In this document: in pieces, positions 40,336 through 49,584 of the stretch
How the letters are laid out: each line of letters begins with the position of its first letter
Position numbering within the stretch: the stretch's first letter is position 1
NCBI GenBank assembly: GCA_037440465.1
Contig: JBBIUB010000009.1
Coordinates: 1 to 61,578, forward strand
DNA: 61,578 bases
From: Coprothermobacterota bacterium
GTDB taxonomy: Bacteria; Coprothermobacterota; HKB111
Reading direction: 5' to 3'
The notes under the pieces: generated by a model
Seen by the model: the letters and a program-made list of their open reading frames with translations, nothing else
The model's database searches: none
Told to the model about the DNA's origin: nothing
Program-made: the position numbers and the translations under genes

Positions 40336-40938
40336 TTAGAGTTTTTTGGACATCTTAAAATATCTAAAAATTTGACTTTTAAGTCTGATTGAAAACTCTT
40401 TTTTCTTCTCGTATCCAAGCCTTTCATATAGCCTGAAAGCTCCTATATTTGTAACATCTACTTCTAATACTGTATTAATAATACCCTTCGCTTTAGCATA
40501 ATTTTCAATTTCAGTTATTAAATATGTTCCTATGCCCATCCCTCTGTATTCAGGATAAACTGCTAAATTACTTATATAAAATTCACCCGGACAAACACTT
40601 TCCATTACATTATTAAACATGATAAAAACAGAAATTCCTTTAAAGAAATCCAATCCTAAATACTTGAGCATTAATAACCCAGTACGCCAGTTTTCTGTCT
40701 TTTTTGAATGATTATCATACCCTAAAATCATTCCCAATATTTTGCCTTTACTTTCTGCAAAATAAGAATGCTGATAACTAAACAAGTTAAGATGGTGAGT
40801 AAACATCCCCTTTAACATGCTTTTATAATTCTTACCAAAAAGCGCGGGAAAGAAAAATGGATCAGTAGAAATTATCAGATTTGCAAAATCTTCAGCATCC
40901 GATGGCAAGGCTTTTCTAACAATAAATTTCATACTCAT
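40336..40938 (-). CDS. GNAT acetyltransferase
   Basis: LAVYPEYRGMGIG; N.GA.RLYERLGY. Confidence 0.9.
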   Translation of the reverse strand: MSMKFIVRKALPSDAEDFANLIISTDPFFFPALFGKNYKSMLKGMFTHHLNLFSYQHSYFAESKGKILGMILGYDNHSKKTENWRTGLLMLKYLGLDFFKGISVFIMFNNVMESVCPGEFYISNLAVYPEYRGMGIGTYLITEIENYAKAKGIINTVLEVDVTNIGAFRLYERLGYEKKKEFSIRLKSQIFRYFKMSKKL

Positions 40939-40952
40939 TCAATATAACTCTA

Positions 40953-41954
40953 TTAATCAGGAGGATAATCTTCATAAGATAGATTCTCTCCAAGTTGGAA
41001 TAGACGGTACATGTCCTCTGCTATCTTCTGGATTTTAGGCGAATTTTCTACTTTCAGTACCCAATTAGCGGGTATAGCTTCTACGCCCAGAAGAGTACCC
41101 AGTATGGCTCCAGTAATTGAGCCAGTAGAGTCACTATCTCCAGAATGGTTAACAGAAGCAAGTACACCTTCTCCCCAATTTTCAGGGTATTTAAGGGAGC
41201 AATAGAGGGCTATCGCCAATGCTTCCTCTCCCACCCAACCTTCACCAATAAGATGAATAGATTCTTCTACAGACTTAGAGGAATCAGCAAGTTTTTGAGC
41301 AAGTTTTATCTTTTTTAATGGCTCACGGTGTCCTTTGTTTTTTACCAGCTCTTGAAAGCTCAAATCTATTGCCATGTTAAGAGTTTTTCCTTCAATGAGG
41401 TGCGCTATGATTTCTGAAAGAAAACCAGCAGATAAATACCCAGAAGGGTGACCATGGGTGATGGCAGCAAAGCTGGAACCCATTTTAAATGCACTTCCTG
41501 AAGGATAGGCTAAGCCTGCAGGAGCCACACGCATCACACCACCACAACCTTTACTTTCATTTATGGGGTGTTCTATTGTCCCTACAGTTCCACTATACAA
41601 GGCGCTCATACAAGTCTCCCCGGGGCCTCTAATATTAAAGGGGTTCTCCAGGGATTTAAACCAATATAGGTATTGTCTGTATATAACAATTATAATGTCC
41701 TTTATCCCCCTATCTTTAAAATACTGTCGAGCTTGTATACAACCCATTGCTGTTGCCAGGGACATCTGGGTATCATCTGTGTAGGTTCCGGATTTGAAGC
41801 TTGACCATCTATCAAAATCAGAAATCCCATTTGGACCATAGTTCCGTTTTATATCTGTTAAAGACATAAACTCCACAGGGGCACCTAAGGCATCGCCAAT
41901 AGCAATACCAAGAAGACATCCTTGATATTTACTCAATAATATGTTCCTATCCAT
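40953..41954 (-). CDS. ADP-ribosylglycohydrolase family protein
   Basis: GDALGAPVEF, TDDTQM, GCGGVMR, THGHP, GDSDSTG. Confidence 0.92.
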   Translation of the reverse strand: MDRNILLSKYQGCLLGIAIGDALGAPVEFMSLTDIKRNYGPNGISDFDRWSSFKSGTYTDDTQMSLATAMGCIQARQYFKDRGIKDIIIVIYRQYLYWFKSLENPFNIRGPGETCMSALYSGTVGTIEHPINESKGCGGVMRVAPAGLAYPSGSAFKMGSSFAAITHGHPSGYLSAGFLSEIIAHLIEGKTLNMAIDLSFQELVKNKGHREPLKKIKLAQKLADSSKSVEESIHLIGEGWVGEEALAIALYCSLKYPENWGEGVLASVNHSGDSDSTGSITGAILGTLLGVEAIPANWVLKVENSPKIQKIAEDMYRLFQLGENLSYEDYPPD

Positions 41955-41996
41955 TATTCACCAGTATATTGTATCTAAAACAGTTAATCAAATGGT

Positions 41997-42023
41997 TGTA
42001 AGCGTCCATAACATATTGGACTT
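41997..42023 (+). mobile_element. Isolated IS481-like terminal repeat
   Basis: TGTAAGCGTCCATAACATATTGGACTT, 25/27 identical to the IS end at 47579-47605. Confidence 0.75.
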
Positions 42024-42178
42024 ATCCTCCTCCACCCTCCTCCGTGAAGGAAGAAGATGTTAACATTCCCTGGTAGCTAACAATTCCCAGTGTCCAGAGG
42101 GAGATAAACCTGGGCACAACCCTGGTTATAAAGAGGAGGTACATAAAGAGTTAAGAAGGGGCCTCGGCAAAAATGTGT

Positions 42179-43636
42179 TTATCCTAAGAATTTTCTCAGC
42201 CTGGCTGCTCTTAAAACAAACTCTCCCAGATCTTCAGTTCTGTTTTCTCTTAATGAACTGGAGATATAATCTGTTATTTCCCCATGCTCTTCATCTGGTT
42301 GAAGATACACTGCTAACTCTTTAACCCTTGCTTTCAGTTCTTCTGGTAAGAAACCTGTGCTCTGGTTAAGATATCTAAGAGCATCCTTTAAATCATCCTC
42401 AAATTTTACATAAACTTTCTTGATGAATCGTATGTCGTCTATACTTAAAGCATTCAAACCAAGGATTTCAGGTGGTAAACCTATTGAATAAAGCGCTGCA
42501 ACAAATGTTATCGCTCTTGGAAGTGTAACTCCTCCCATACTTCGTGGATAACCAAACAGCCCTATGTGTAACTTCCTCTTTCTTCTCCGCGGAACATGTT
42601 TGGCTACTTTGTTAATCACCGTGGCTAATATAGTGACCTGTTTTTGGTATTCTTTAGTGTATTTTCTAATTATTTCCAGGCATCTCTCCTCATCTACCTC
42701 TTGAGGTAGACCTGTTTTTCTTTCCCTTAGTTTTCTTATAGCCTCTCTAACTTCTTCTGAAGGATTATCATATTTGAAGGCAGACTGGATAGTGAAGGTA
42801 TGACAACCTGAATATTCTTCTGCCACTCTCTCTACCGTTTGTGGCCTAAGATTGCCCCTGAAAGGAGCCGAGCCAACACCTACGATAGGATATATTTTGA
42901 CACCTTTATCTTCCGACAATCTATGTAATTTTTGAAGAGCAATTTTATTCAAAAAAACAGCACTAACCAGCCCGCAATTCATTGCCGGGTCTGATCTTGC
43001 CAGAAAAACTCTTTGATGTTCTACACTCTTACCTTGCAAATATTCTTTGGTTATATTATGGGCATCAAGCATATGTTCCATATCCTCAAAAAGAGGTATA
43101 ACATTGATTCTTTCTGGCTGGAACTCTCCAACCCACTCAGCGATGGATATGTCTCCTTTTCTGAAAGATTTACTCTGTTTCCCCCAGATAAAATCACAAT
43201 AATATCGGTAAATTCTATCTAAGCACTTGTAGGAAGATGTCATAGGTAGAATAACCTCAAATACTGGTGCTATATCATCCCCGTAAAATAATTTGGCAGC
43301 ATCAAAAGACCTGGGGATGCTCTCCAGGGTTTCCAATAAAATTTTTGCCTCACCCTTTTCTACAATTGGATTAGGGACTCTTAAGGTGATAAATGCATCT
43401 CTGCCCAATCTTTTCTCTCTGAAAAAGGATTCATATTTTGTCAATAACTTTTTGACTACAAAATTATCCACCTCTTTGCCTTCACAGTCCCACATCTGTT
43501 CATCACAACCTAAATGAGAGAAGACATAGTAGGCTTCCTGTATCTCCTCTTCTCCAACAAGTGCAGCATTCTCGGCAAAAAAGGGTAGATGTGCATTATC
43601 AGGATGTTGCGTACTCATACATCTCGGTATTTTCAT
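42179..43636 (-). CDS. ppcA: Archaeal-type phosphoenolpyruvate carboxylase
   Basis: MSTQHPDN, MWD.EGK, ARSDPAMN, GSAPFRG, LPRAI; start placed at MKIPR (43636). Confidence 0.92.
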   Translation of the reverse strand: MKIPRCMSTQHPDNAHLPFFAENAALVGEEEIQEAYYVFSHLGCDEQMWDCEGKEVDNFVVKKLLTKYESFFREKRLGRDAFITLRVPNPIVEKGEAKILLETLESIPRSFDAAKLFYGDDIAPVFEVILPMTSSYKCLDRIYRYYCDFIWGKQSKSFRKGDISIAEWVGEFQPERINVIPLFEDMEHMLDAHNITKEYLQGKSVEHQRVFLARSDPAMNCGLVSAVFLNKIALQKLHRLSEDKGVKIYPIVGVGSAPFRGNLRPQTVERVAEEYSGCHTFTIQSAFKYDNPSEEVREAIRKLRERKTGLPQEVDEERCLEIIRKYTKEYQKQVTILATVINKVAKHVPRRRKRKLHIGLFGYPRSMGGVTLPRAITFVAALYSIGLPPEILGLNALSIDDIRFIKKVYVKFEDDLKDALRYLNQSTGFLPEELKARVKELAVYLQPDEEHGEITDYISSSLRENRTEDLGEFVLRAARLRKFLG

Positions 43637-43781
43637 AATATCCGACCCGCTGTTTTTAACTCTTCGCTCATTTGAGACCATATTTAGTAATTTAGACTCA
43701 CGATTCAACTACATGGTTTCAGGAAGGTTCCCTCACAATTTGATGGTATGCTACCTAAGACCGGGTTCAGTTTTTATGTAA

Positions 43782-44303
43782 TTATCTTAAAATGATTATT
43801 CCTGCTAGGCCTGTTAGCACAATGACCACTCCAGGGTGGATTTTTGTTAGAGATATAAGTAAAAGAGATGCAAGAAGCAGTATAAGACCTGTAATATTCC
43901 AGCTTATCCTCCCACCCATCTCTATAGACATTGCCATAAGGAGGCCAATTGTGCCAAAGGTAACCCCCCGCAGGAATAACTTTAATTGAGGATTCTGGGA
44001 ATAACGAGCCAATAATCCGTATAAAACAAGCATTATAACCGCTGGAGGGAGGATAACTCCAAGGTTTGCCAAAATCACACCAGGGATGCCAGCCACACGA
44101 TAACCAGTATAAGTAGCAAATTTCACTGATATTGCTCCGGGCACTCCCTGGCTTATGCCCAGTATCTGAAGAAATTCTTCCTGTGTGAGCCAGTGATAAT
44201 TACTAACCACCTCTTTTTCTATGAGAGGTATTAAAACATAACCTCCCCCAAAACTCAAAAGCCCAACCCTGAAAAAGGCTATAAATAAATTTAATACTCC
44301 CAT
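43782..44303 (-). CDS. chrA: Short-chain chromate transporter family protein
   Basis: SFGGGY, WLT.EEF, SQ.VPG. Confidence 0.88.
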   Translation of the reverse strand: MGVLNLFIAFFRVGLLSFGGGYVLIPLIEKEVVSNYHWLTQEEFLQILGISQGVPGAISVKFATYTGYRVAGIPGVILANLGVILPPAVIMLVLYGLLARYSQNPQLKLFLRGVTFGTIGLLMAMSIEMGGRISWNITGLILLLASLLLISLTKIHPGVVIVLTGLAGIIILR

Positions 44304-44331
44304 AAACTCACCTGCCTTTTCAAAAATGTAT

Positions 44332-44460
44332 TATGTGATGTGTGATATGTTATCTGTAATCAGTAATTTTTTTACCCATAACTCGTCACCCGTTACTCAT
44401 CATGGTATTTAAATTACTCATTACTTTTAACTTGTCATCTATCACCCGTTACATGTCACA
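44332..44460. repeat. Degenerate heptamer tandem arrays in opposing orientation
   Basis: TATGTGA TGTGTGA TATGTTA TCTGTAA TCAGTAA, then ATTACTC ATTACTT TTAACTT GTCATCT ATCACCC GTTACAT. Confidence 0.65.
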
Positions 44461-44484
44461 ATTTTTAAAGCCATGAACCCTTTT

Positions 44485-45942
44485 TTAGTCTTTAGGGATA
44501 CGCATAATCTGAATCCAGGTTTGACCATATACTCTCTCTATTTCTTGCCCATCCTGGTAGTAGAATCTTGTAGGTGAATTATTACTATCTTTTCTCCAGG
44601 TCCCTTTGAAATGTTGACCTTGAGAATAAAAATCAATGTTTCCCTTACCTATTATGTTAGGAGTAGGTCTACCAAGTAAGTCAATTCCGTGTGGTACATA
44701 CTGAACAATAATATTTCGTGCCAGAACTTCTTCCTTTGTGGCATCTTTGTGTAGAACACCATTGATATACCGCCTGTAAACACCCTTTTTTGAGATATAT
44801 TCATATCTCACATTATAGCTTGAGCTATACTCCAGAAACAGTTCAGTAGCCTCTTTACCAGTCCGACTTAAATACGCTGGTCGTATGACTACTTCTTTAG
44901 AAGGTTCTTCTACGCCCAGCGTAGCTAAGTTCACATAGAGGTTATGGGGGGCTTTACGGGAGGAATCCCTGAAAAAACTGGAATTATCTGAACTTATAGC
45001 ATTTGTACTATTCACTTTCCAATCTTTGATTTGTATCAGGATATCTGTACCAGCACTGGCATAGATATAATTCACACTATTTTCCATTGCCAGTATTATA
45101 CTGTGAGTCCTGGCACTACGTATCGGTCCCACCTTTACTGGAAACGAAGAAAACAGGGCTAAATAGCGTGTTATACCCCCTTCTACCTCATATTCATACA
45201 TAACACTTGCTTTAGCAAGACCGTGTTGTGGTCTGGCTGCTTGTAAATTATCTATGACAATGCCATATACAGGTTTTCGCTCTGCTTGAGGAGTTATATC
45301 TGCTAATTCTACAGCCAACCTCTTTTGTGTAGAAACCAATAAAGCGTCTTTCTCTCTACGCTGGTCAACAAGATTTTTATATTCACCATCTTTCTGACTT
45401 CTTAGTTCCAGGAGTTTTTGACGCTTGTTGGAAATTTCAGTTTTTCGTTCCCTTATAAAGGTTTGTTCATTTTTAATAGCTTTAATTAATTCAGCATCAC
45501 CATTCAAAATTCGAACTAAATATTCCATCCTAACAATAACATCTCCAAAGTTTTTTGACTCCAGGAATATTTCCAGGTAAGATACCCCTCCCTTGATATA
45601 AGCACTACGGACACGACCAGCGAAGATTCTATTCTTCTCTTTTAGCTTGGTTTCTGATTGGACAAGCTCAATTTCTAACTTTTGAAGTTGCGTTTCCGTT
45701 TCCTGATAATCCCTGCTTAATTCCTCAATCCTATTTTCTCTATTTTTGATAGAATCATCTAAGGCTTTTAATACCTTTTCTAGCTCTATTATTTCAGATT
45801 TGGTTTTTTCAACTTTCTTTTTGGCATCTTCCAAAGAACCGTAAGTAGTGTTAGATAATCCATTTAGCATAGATATGATTAATATGGTTAACAAAATGGA
45901 TTTAATACAGAAACACCGCATAATAAAACTCCCTATTTTCAC
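44485..45942 (-). CDS. Secreted PcsB/CwlO-type coiled coil fused to a DUF3048 (YerB-like) domain
   Basis: Signal peptide; R.R.AY..G..SYLEIFLESKNFGD; then IDN..AARPQ.GL, EGGITR, GPIRSAR, APHNLY, GQTWI. Confidence 0.8.
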   Translation of the reverse strand: MKIGSFIMRCFCIKSILLTILIISMLNGLSNTTYGSLEDAKKKVEKTKSEIIELEKVLKALDDSIKNRENRIEELSRDYQETETQLQKLEIELVQSETKLKEKNRIFAGRVRSAYIKGGVSYLEIFLESKNFGDVIVRMEYLVRILNGDAELIKAIKNEQTFIRERKTEISNKRQKLLELRSQKDGEYKNLVDQRREKDALLVSTQKRLAVELADITPQAERKPVYGIVIDNLQAARPQHGLAKASVMYEYEVEGGITRYLALFSSFPVKVGPIRSARTHSIILAMENSVNYIYASAGTDILIQIKDWKVNSTNAISSDNSSFFRDSSRKAPHNLYVNLATLGVEEPSKEVVIRPAYLSRTGKEATELFLEYSSSYNVRYEYISKKGVYRRYINGVLHKDATKEEVLARNIIVQYVPHGIDLLGRPTPNIIGKGNIDFYSQGQHFKGTWRKDSNNSPTRFYYQDGQEIERVYGQTWIQIMRIPKD

Positions 45943-45944
45943 AG

Positions 45945-46844
45945 TTAAACCCGAAGATGCCTGTGAATAGACACGATACTTCCTAATCCACCTAGTAAGG
46001 TTCCTATAACCAATAGTCCAGTGAAAATGGGTATAAGAATTTCCATATTAGTTACAGGTTGTACAAAGAAAGCTAAAGCTTCTTGCTGGAGTGAGGAAAC
46101 AAATCTATAATAAACAAAACCAATCACCGCAGTAGCGGAAAGAGTTCCAATCCACCCTATCACCATCCCTTCAAAGATGAAGGGGAAACGGATAAAGGAG
46201 TTACTCGCACCTAAATATTTCATAATCCTGATTTCCTCCTGGCGAGACAAAACAGAAAGACGGATGGTAGTTATAATCAAAAACATTGCACCCAGAGCAA
46301 GTAAAGTGCTCATTACCAGAAACACCGTGCTCAACCACCCTGTGATTCTATTCAGTATATTTATCATCTTTTCACCATAATCAACTAATTCAACACCGGG
46401 GAATCCTTGAATTTCACGAGCTAAACTGGGTACCACTTCAGTCCTGGTAGCTCTAATTCGAAAAAGATCTGGTAAAGGGTTATTCTCGCCACTTAATCCC
46501 TCTAAAGGTATCCTGTTATTCACTGACTTTCTAAAATCCTCTAACCCTTGTTCCTTGGGTATAAAGATATAGTTTTTAACATCTTTAATTTTATCAAGTT
46601 TAAACTGTATTTCTTTAACATCAGCATCATCGTAAAGAAATACACTAATCTCAACATTGGATTCTATATTACGGATAATTTGTTCCATGTTTACAGCTAT
46701 GAGTAGAAAACCGCCAAAGATAGATAGAGAAACAGCAATTATACCTGCTGTCACCAACACCAGCCAGAAATTCCTAAAAATAGAAACAAAACTCTGACGT
46801 AAACAGTATCTCAATGAATTAATATTCAGTGCTATAACCTCCAC
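45945..46844 (-). CDS. ftsX: Cell division permease
   Basis: NPLPD loop; TIRL....R.EEI.IMKYLGA...FIRFPF.FEG. Confidence 0.92.
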   Translation of the reverse strand: MEVIALNINSLRYCLRQSFVSIFRNFWLVLVTAGIIAVSLSIFGGFLLIAVNMEQIIRNIESNVEISVFLYDDADVKEIQFKLDKIKDVKNYIFIPKEQGLEDFRKSVNNRIPLEGLSGENNPLPDLFRIRATRTEVVPSLAREIQGFPGVELVDYGEKMINILNRITGWLSTVFLVMSTLLALGAMFLIITTIRLSVLSRQEEIRIMKYLGASNSFIRFPFIFEGMVIGWIGTLSATAVIGFVYYRFVSSLQQEALAFFVQPVTNMEILIPIFTGLLVIGTLLGGLGSIVSIHRHLRV

Positions 46845-47508
46845 TTTGTTCGTCTCTAATAATATGACCTCTATTCATGGCTATAACCCGTTTTTGCATA
46901 CGGTCCACTAAATCCCAGGCGTGAGTGGCAATAATCACTGTGGTTCCACCTTCGTTTATCTTTTCAAAAAGTTTCATAATTTGTCTTGAATTGTCTCTGT
47001 CCACATTTCCAGTGGGCTCATCAGCCAGGATAATCAAAGGGTCTTTAGCAATAGCCCGAGCAATGCCCACCCGTTGGGCTTCTCCTCCAGAAAGTTCGGA
47101 AGGGAAAGCCTTCTCCTTACCCGTGAGACCCACTTTCTCCAGGGCTATTGGTACTTTCTCCCTGATTTTTCTGGGTGACTGCCCCAACACCTCCAGGGCA
47201 AAGGCTACATTTTCAAAAACGGTTTTCTGTTTCAACAACCGAAAGTCCTGGAAAACCATCCCAATACGTCTACGATATCTAAGGAGTTCACCCTCTGTGA
47301 ATGTGGAAATATTTCTATTTACAAAAAAGACCTGACCCAAAGAGGGCAATATTTCTCGAAATAATAGTTTTATAAGTGTAGTCTTTCCAGCTCCACTGGG
47401 ACCAACCAGAAAAACAAACTCACCCTGCCCAATACGCAGAGATATGTTTGCTACTGCTGGAACATCACCATTATTATATGTCTTGGTTACTCTCTTAAAT
47501 TCAATCAA
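46819..47508 (-). CDS. ftsE: Cell division ATPase
   Basis: GPSGAGKT, RRRIGMVFQDFRLL, LSGGE; TTG start at 47508 with SD AAAGGAG. Confidence 0.93.
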   Translation of the reverse strand: MIEFKRVTKTYNNGDVPAVANISLRIGQGEFVFLVGPSGAGKTTLIKLLFREILPSLGQVFFVNRNISTFTEGELLRYRRRIGMVFQDFRLLKQKTVFENVAFALEVLGQSPRKIREKVPIALEKVGLTGKEKAFPSELSGGEAQRVGIARAIAKDPLIILADEPTGNVDRDNSRQIMKLFEKINEGGTTVIIATHAWDLVDRMQKRVIAMNRGHIIRDEQSGGYSTEY

Positions 47509-47544
47509 ATTAAGAACTCCTTTGTCTCCATCATCACAAAGATA

Positions 47545-47573
47545 ATTATAACCTGACTGATGATATTGGTCAA
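47545..47573 (-). promoter_or_regulatory. Sigma70-type promoter for ftsE
   Basis: TTGACC-17 nt-TATAAT. Confidence 0.75.
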
Positions 47574-47775
47574 ACCTCTGTAAGCGTCCATAACCTAATG
47601 GACTTTTGAGCATCTTGAATAAAGGTATCTATATAATACCTTAAGGGAGATAAACCAGCAAGGGATTTATGGGGCTTTTTGGCGTTGTACCAGATAAGAT
47701 ACTCCATCAAAACTTTGTTGAATTCTTCGGTGAGTTAACATACTGTTCCTGTAAGGTTCTGTGGAATCTTTCAAG
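47570..47775 (-). pseudogene. IS481-like transposase 3' remnant with terminal repeat
   Basis: Minus strand reads LERFHRTLQEQY, then after a frameshift FNKVLMEYLIWYNAKKPHKSLAGLSPL..KS.RLWT.T; terminal TGT at 47579. Confidence 0.75.
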
Positions 47776-47953
47776 TTATTGGTATAAAAGGAAAGGGATA
47801 GAGGTTGGCAGTCCAATACGATTCTGAACTTCTGCACCAATTAGTCGTATGCGGTTCAAATAATCCATTTTAGACAGAATCTAAATGACTTTCTCAGGAT
47901 AATTGAACCTTCAGTACTTGTAAGTTATGATATAATAACTCAATAAATTATTT

Positions 47954-48037
47954 AGGTCCTTTAAACCTATCCTTGAGAGATAGGTAAGGGTTAACATAAA
48001 ATTCCTATTAAAGGACCTCTAAAGGGAGGTCTTTTTT
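47954..48037 (+). promoter_or_regulatory. PyrR-type attenuator upstream of pyrR
   Basis: CCTTTAA-ACCTATC CTTGAGA GATAGGT-AAGG binding loop; antiterminator 47954-47964/48008-48018; terminator GACCTC..GAGGTC-T6 covers the SD. Confidence 0.75.
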
Positions 48038-48578
48038 GTTAAAAGAGAAAGCAAAGATTATGGACAGTGCTGACTTCAAGAGAACCCTCATGAGGTTAGC
48101 TCACGAGATAATCGAGAAAAATGATGGTATTCAAAATCTCATGCTCCTTGGAATTAGACGACGAGGTGTCCCTCTTGCTGAAAGGCTTTCAAATCTTATA
48201 GAAACCATAGAAGGCGTAAAACCCCCAGTAGGCGAGTTAGACATTACCCTCTACAGGGACGACCTGTCCATGGTTTCTCCACAACCTCTTGTACATAAAA
48301 CTGTGGTACCAAATCCTGTAAACGACTCAACAATCGTGGTCGTTGACGATGTTCTCTATACTGGGAGAACAACCCGTGCAGCCCTGGAAGCCATCTTTGA
48401 CCTGGGGAGACCTGTTAAGGTACAGCTCGCTGTTGTCATTGACAGAGGACACCGAGAACTCCCCATCAAACCCGATTTCGTAGGTAAAAATGTGCCTACC
48501 TCCATTAAAGAAGTTATAGAGGTAAGAGTAACAGAAGTAGATAGTGAAGATAGCGTCTATATTATGGAAAAAGAATGA
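48036..48578 (+). CDS. pyrR: Pyrimidine operon regulator/UPRTase
   Basis: LDITLYRDD, VDDVLYTGRT, DRGHRELPI. Confidence 0.96.
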   Translation: MLKEKAKIMDSADFKRTLMRLAHEIIEKNDGIQNLMLLGIRRRGVPLAERLSNLIETIEGVKPPVGELDITLYRDDLSMVSPQPLVHKTVVPNPVNDSTIVVVDDVLYTGRTTRAALEAIFDLGRPVKVQLAVVIDRGHRELPIKPDFVGKNVPTSIKEVIEVRVTEVDSEDSVYIMEKE

Positions 48579-48612
48579 TAATAAAGGCTTCAAGATGTCA
48601 AGGGTTTAAGTG

Positions 48613-48658
48613 AGCACCCTTCCCTTTAAATCAGTCCTGAGAGGCTGGCAAGGGTGCT
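48613..48658 (+). promoter_or_regulatory. PyrR binding hairpin upstream of pyrB
   Basis: AGCACCCTT..CTTTAAATCAGTCCTGAGAGGCTGGC..AAGGGTGCT, close to the PyrR consensus. Confidence 0.85.
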
Positions 48659-48675
48659 AAGAAAGGGGTGTAAAA

Positions 48676-49584
48676 ATGAAACATCTATTGGGTTTAAAAG
48701 ATGTCTCCCGAGAGGAGATAACCGCTATTCTTGACACCGCTTCCCCTATGAAAGATATTGTGTTACGGGAAGTCAAAAAGGTTCCTACCCTCAGGGGGAA
48801 AATTATCACTACCCTCTTTTTTGAACCTTCCACCAGAACCAGAACTTCCTTTGAGTTAGCTGCCAAACTTATGAGCGCTGACACGGTAAGTTTAAATGTA
48901 GCATTAAGCTCTGTTCAGAAAGGAGAAAGTTTACTAGACACAGTATATACTCTGGAAGCCATGGGCGCAGACGCTGTTGTTATCCGCCATAACAGAAACG
49001 GTGCACCGCACTTCCTCACCAGAAACTCCAAGGCTCACATCATTAACGGTGGGGATGGACAGAACGAACATCCCAGCCAGGCTCTCCTGGATATGTACAC
49101 CATCAGAGAGAAGAAGGGAGGGCTGGAGGGGCTCAATGTGCTCATCGTAGGCGACATTATGCATAGTAGGGTAGCTCACAGCAATATTTATGGTCTTATT
49201 AAGGTTGGCTCAAATGTAATGGTCAGTGGACCACCTACGCTGATACCAAAAGAGGTAGAAAGATATGCAGAGGTGTGCTTAGATTTAGATAAGGCTATCA
49301 GAAAAGCAGACGTGATAAACATCTTGAGGATACAGAGAGAGCGACAGGAAGGGGGCTTACTTACCTCCCTTGAAGAGTACTACAAGTACTACGCTATAAC
49401 AGAAGAAAGGCTGGTAAAAGCCAAGGAGGATGTTCTAATCATGCATCCGGCTCCTATGAACAAGGGCATAGAAATTGACGAAAGGGTGGCTTATTCTTTT
49501 AACAGTGTCGTCAAGGAGCAAGTAACCAATGGTGTAGCGGTAAGAATGGCAATCTTCTATCTCATCATGGGAGGTGCAGCTTAG
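48676..49584 (+). CDS. pyrB: Aspartate carbamoyltransferase
   Basis: [28 protein letters not shown]. Confidence 0.96.
   Translation: MKHLLGLKDVSREEITAILDTASPMKDIVLREVKKVPTLRGKIITTLFFEPSTRTRTSFELAAKLMSADTVSLNVALSSVQKGESLLDTVYTLEAMGADAVVIRHNRNGAPHFLTRNSKAHIINGGDGQNEHPSQALLDMYTIREKKGGLEGLNVLIVGDIMHSRVAHSNIYGLIKVGSNVMVSGPPTLIPKEVERYAEVCLDLDKAIRKADVINILRIQRERQEGGLLTSLEEYYKYYAITEERLVKAKEDVLIMHPAPMNKGIEIDERVAYSFNSVVKEQVTNGVAVRMAIFYLIMGGAA

Noticed and set aside
43637..43780. N-terminal extension of ppcA, or a riboswitch in its leader
   Set aside because: Family similarity begins at MKIPR; resemblance to SAM or c-di-AMP aptamers is too fragmentary
47509..47613. 35-aa N-terminal extension of FtsE in the ORF track
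   Set aside because: It overlaps the promoter and IS end; a TTG with a good SD lies at 47508
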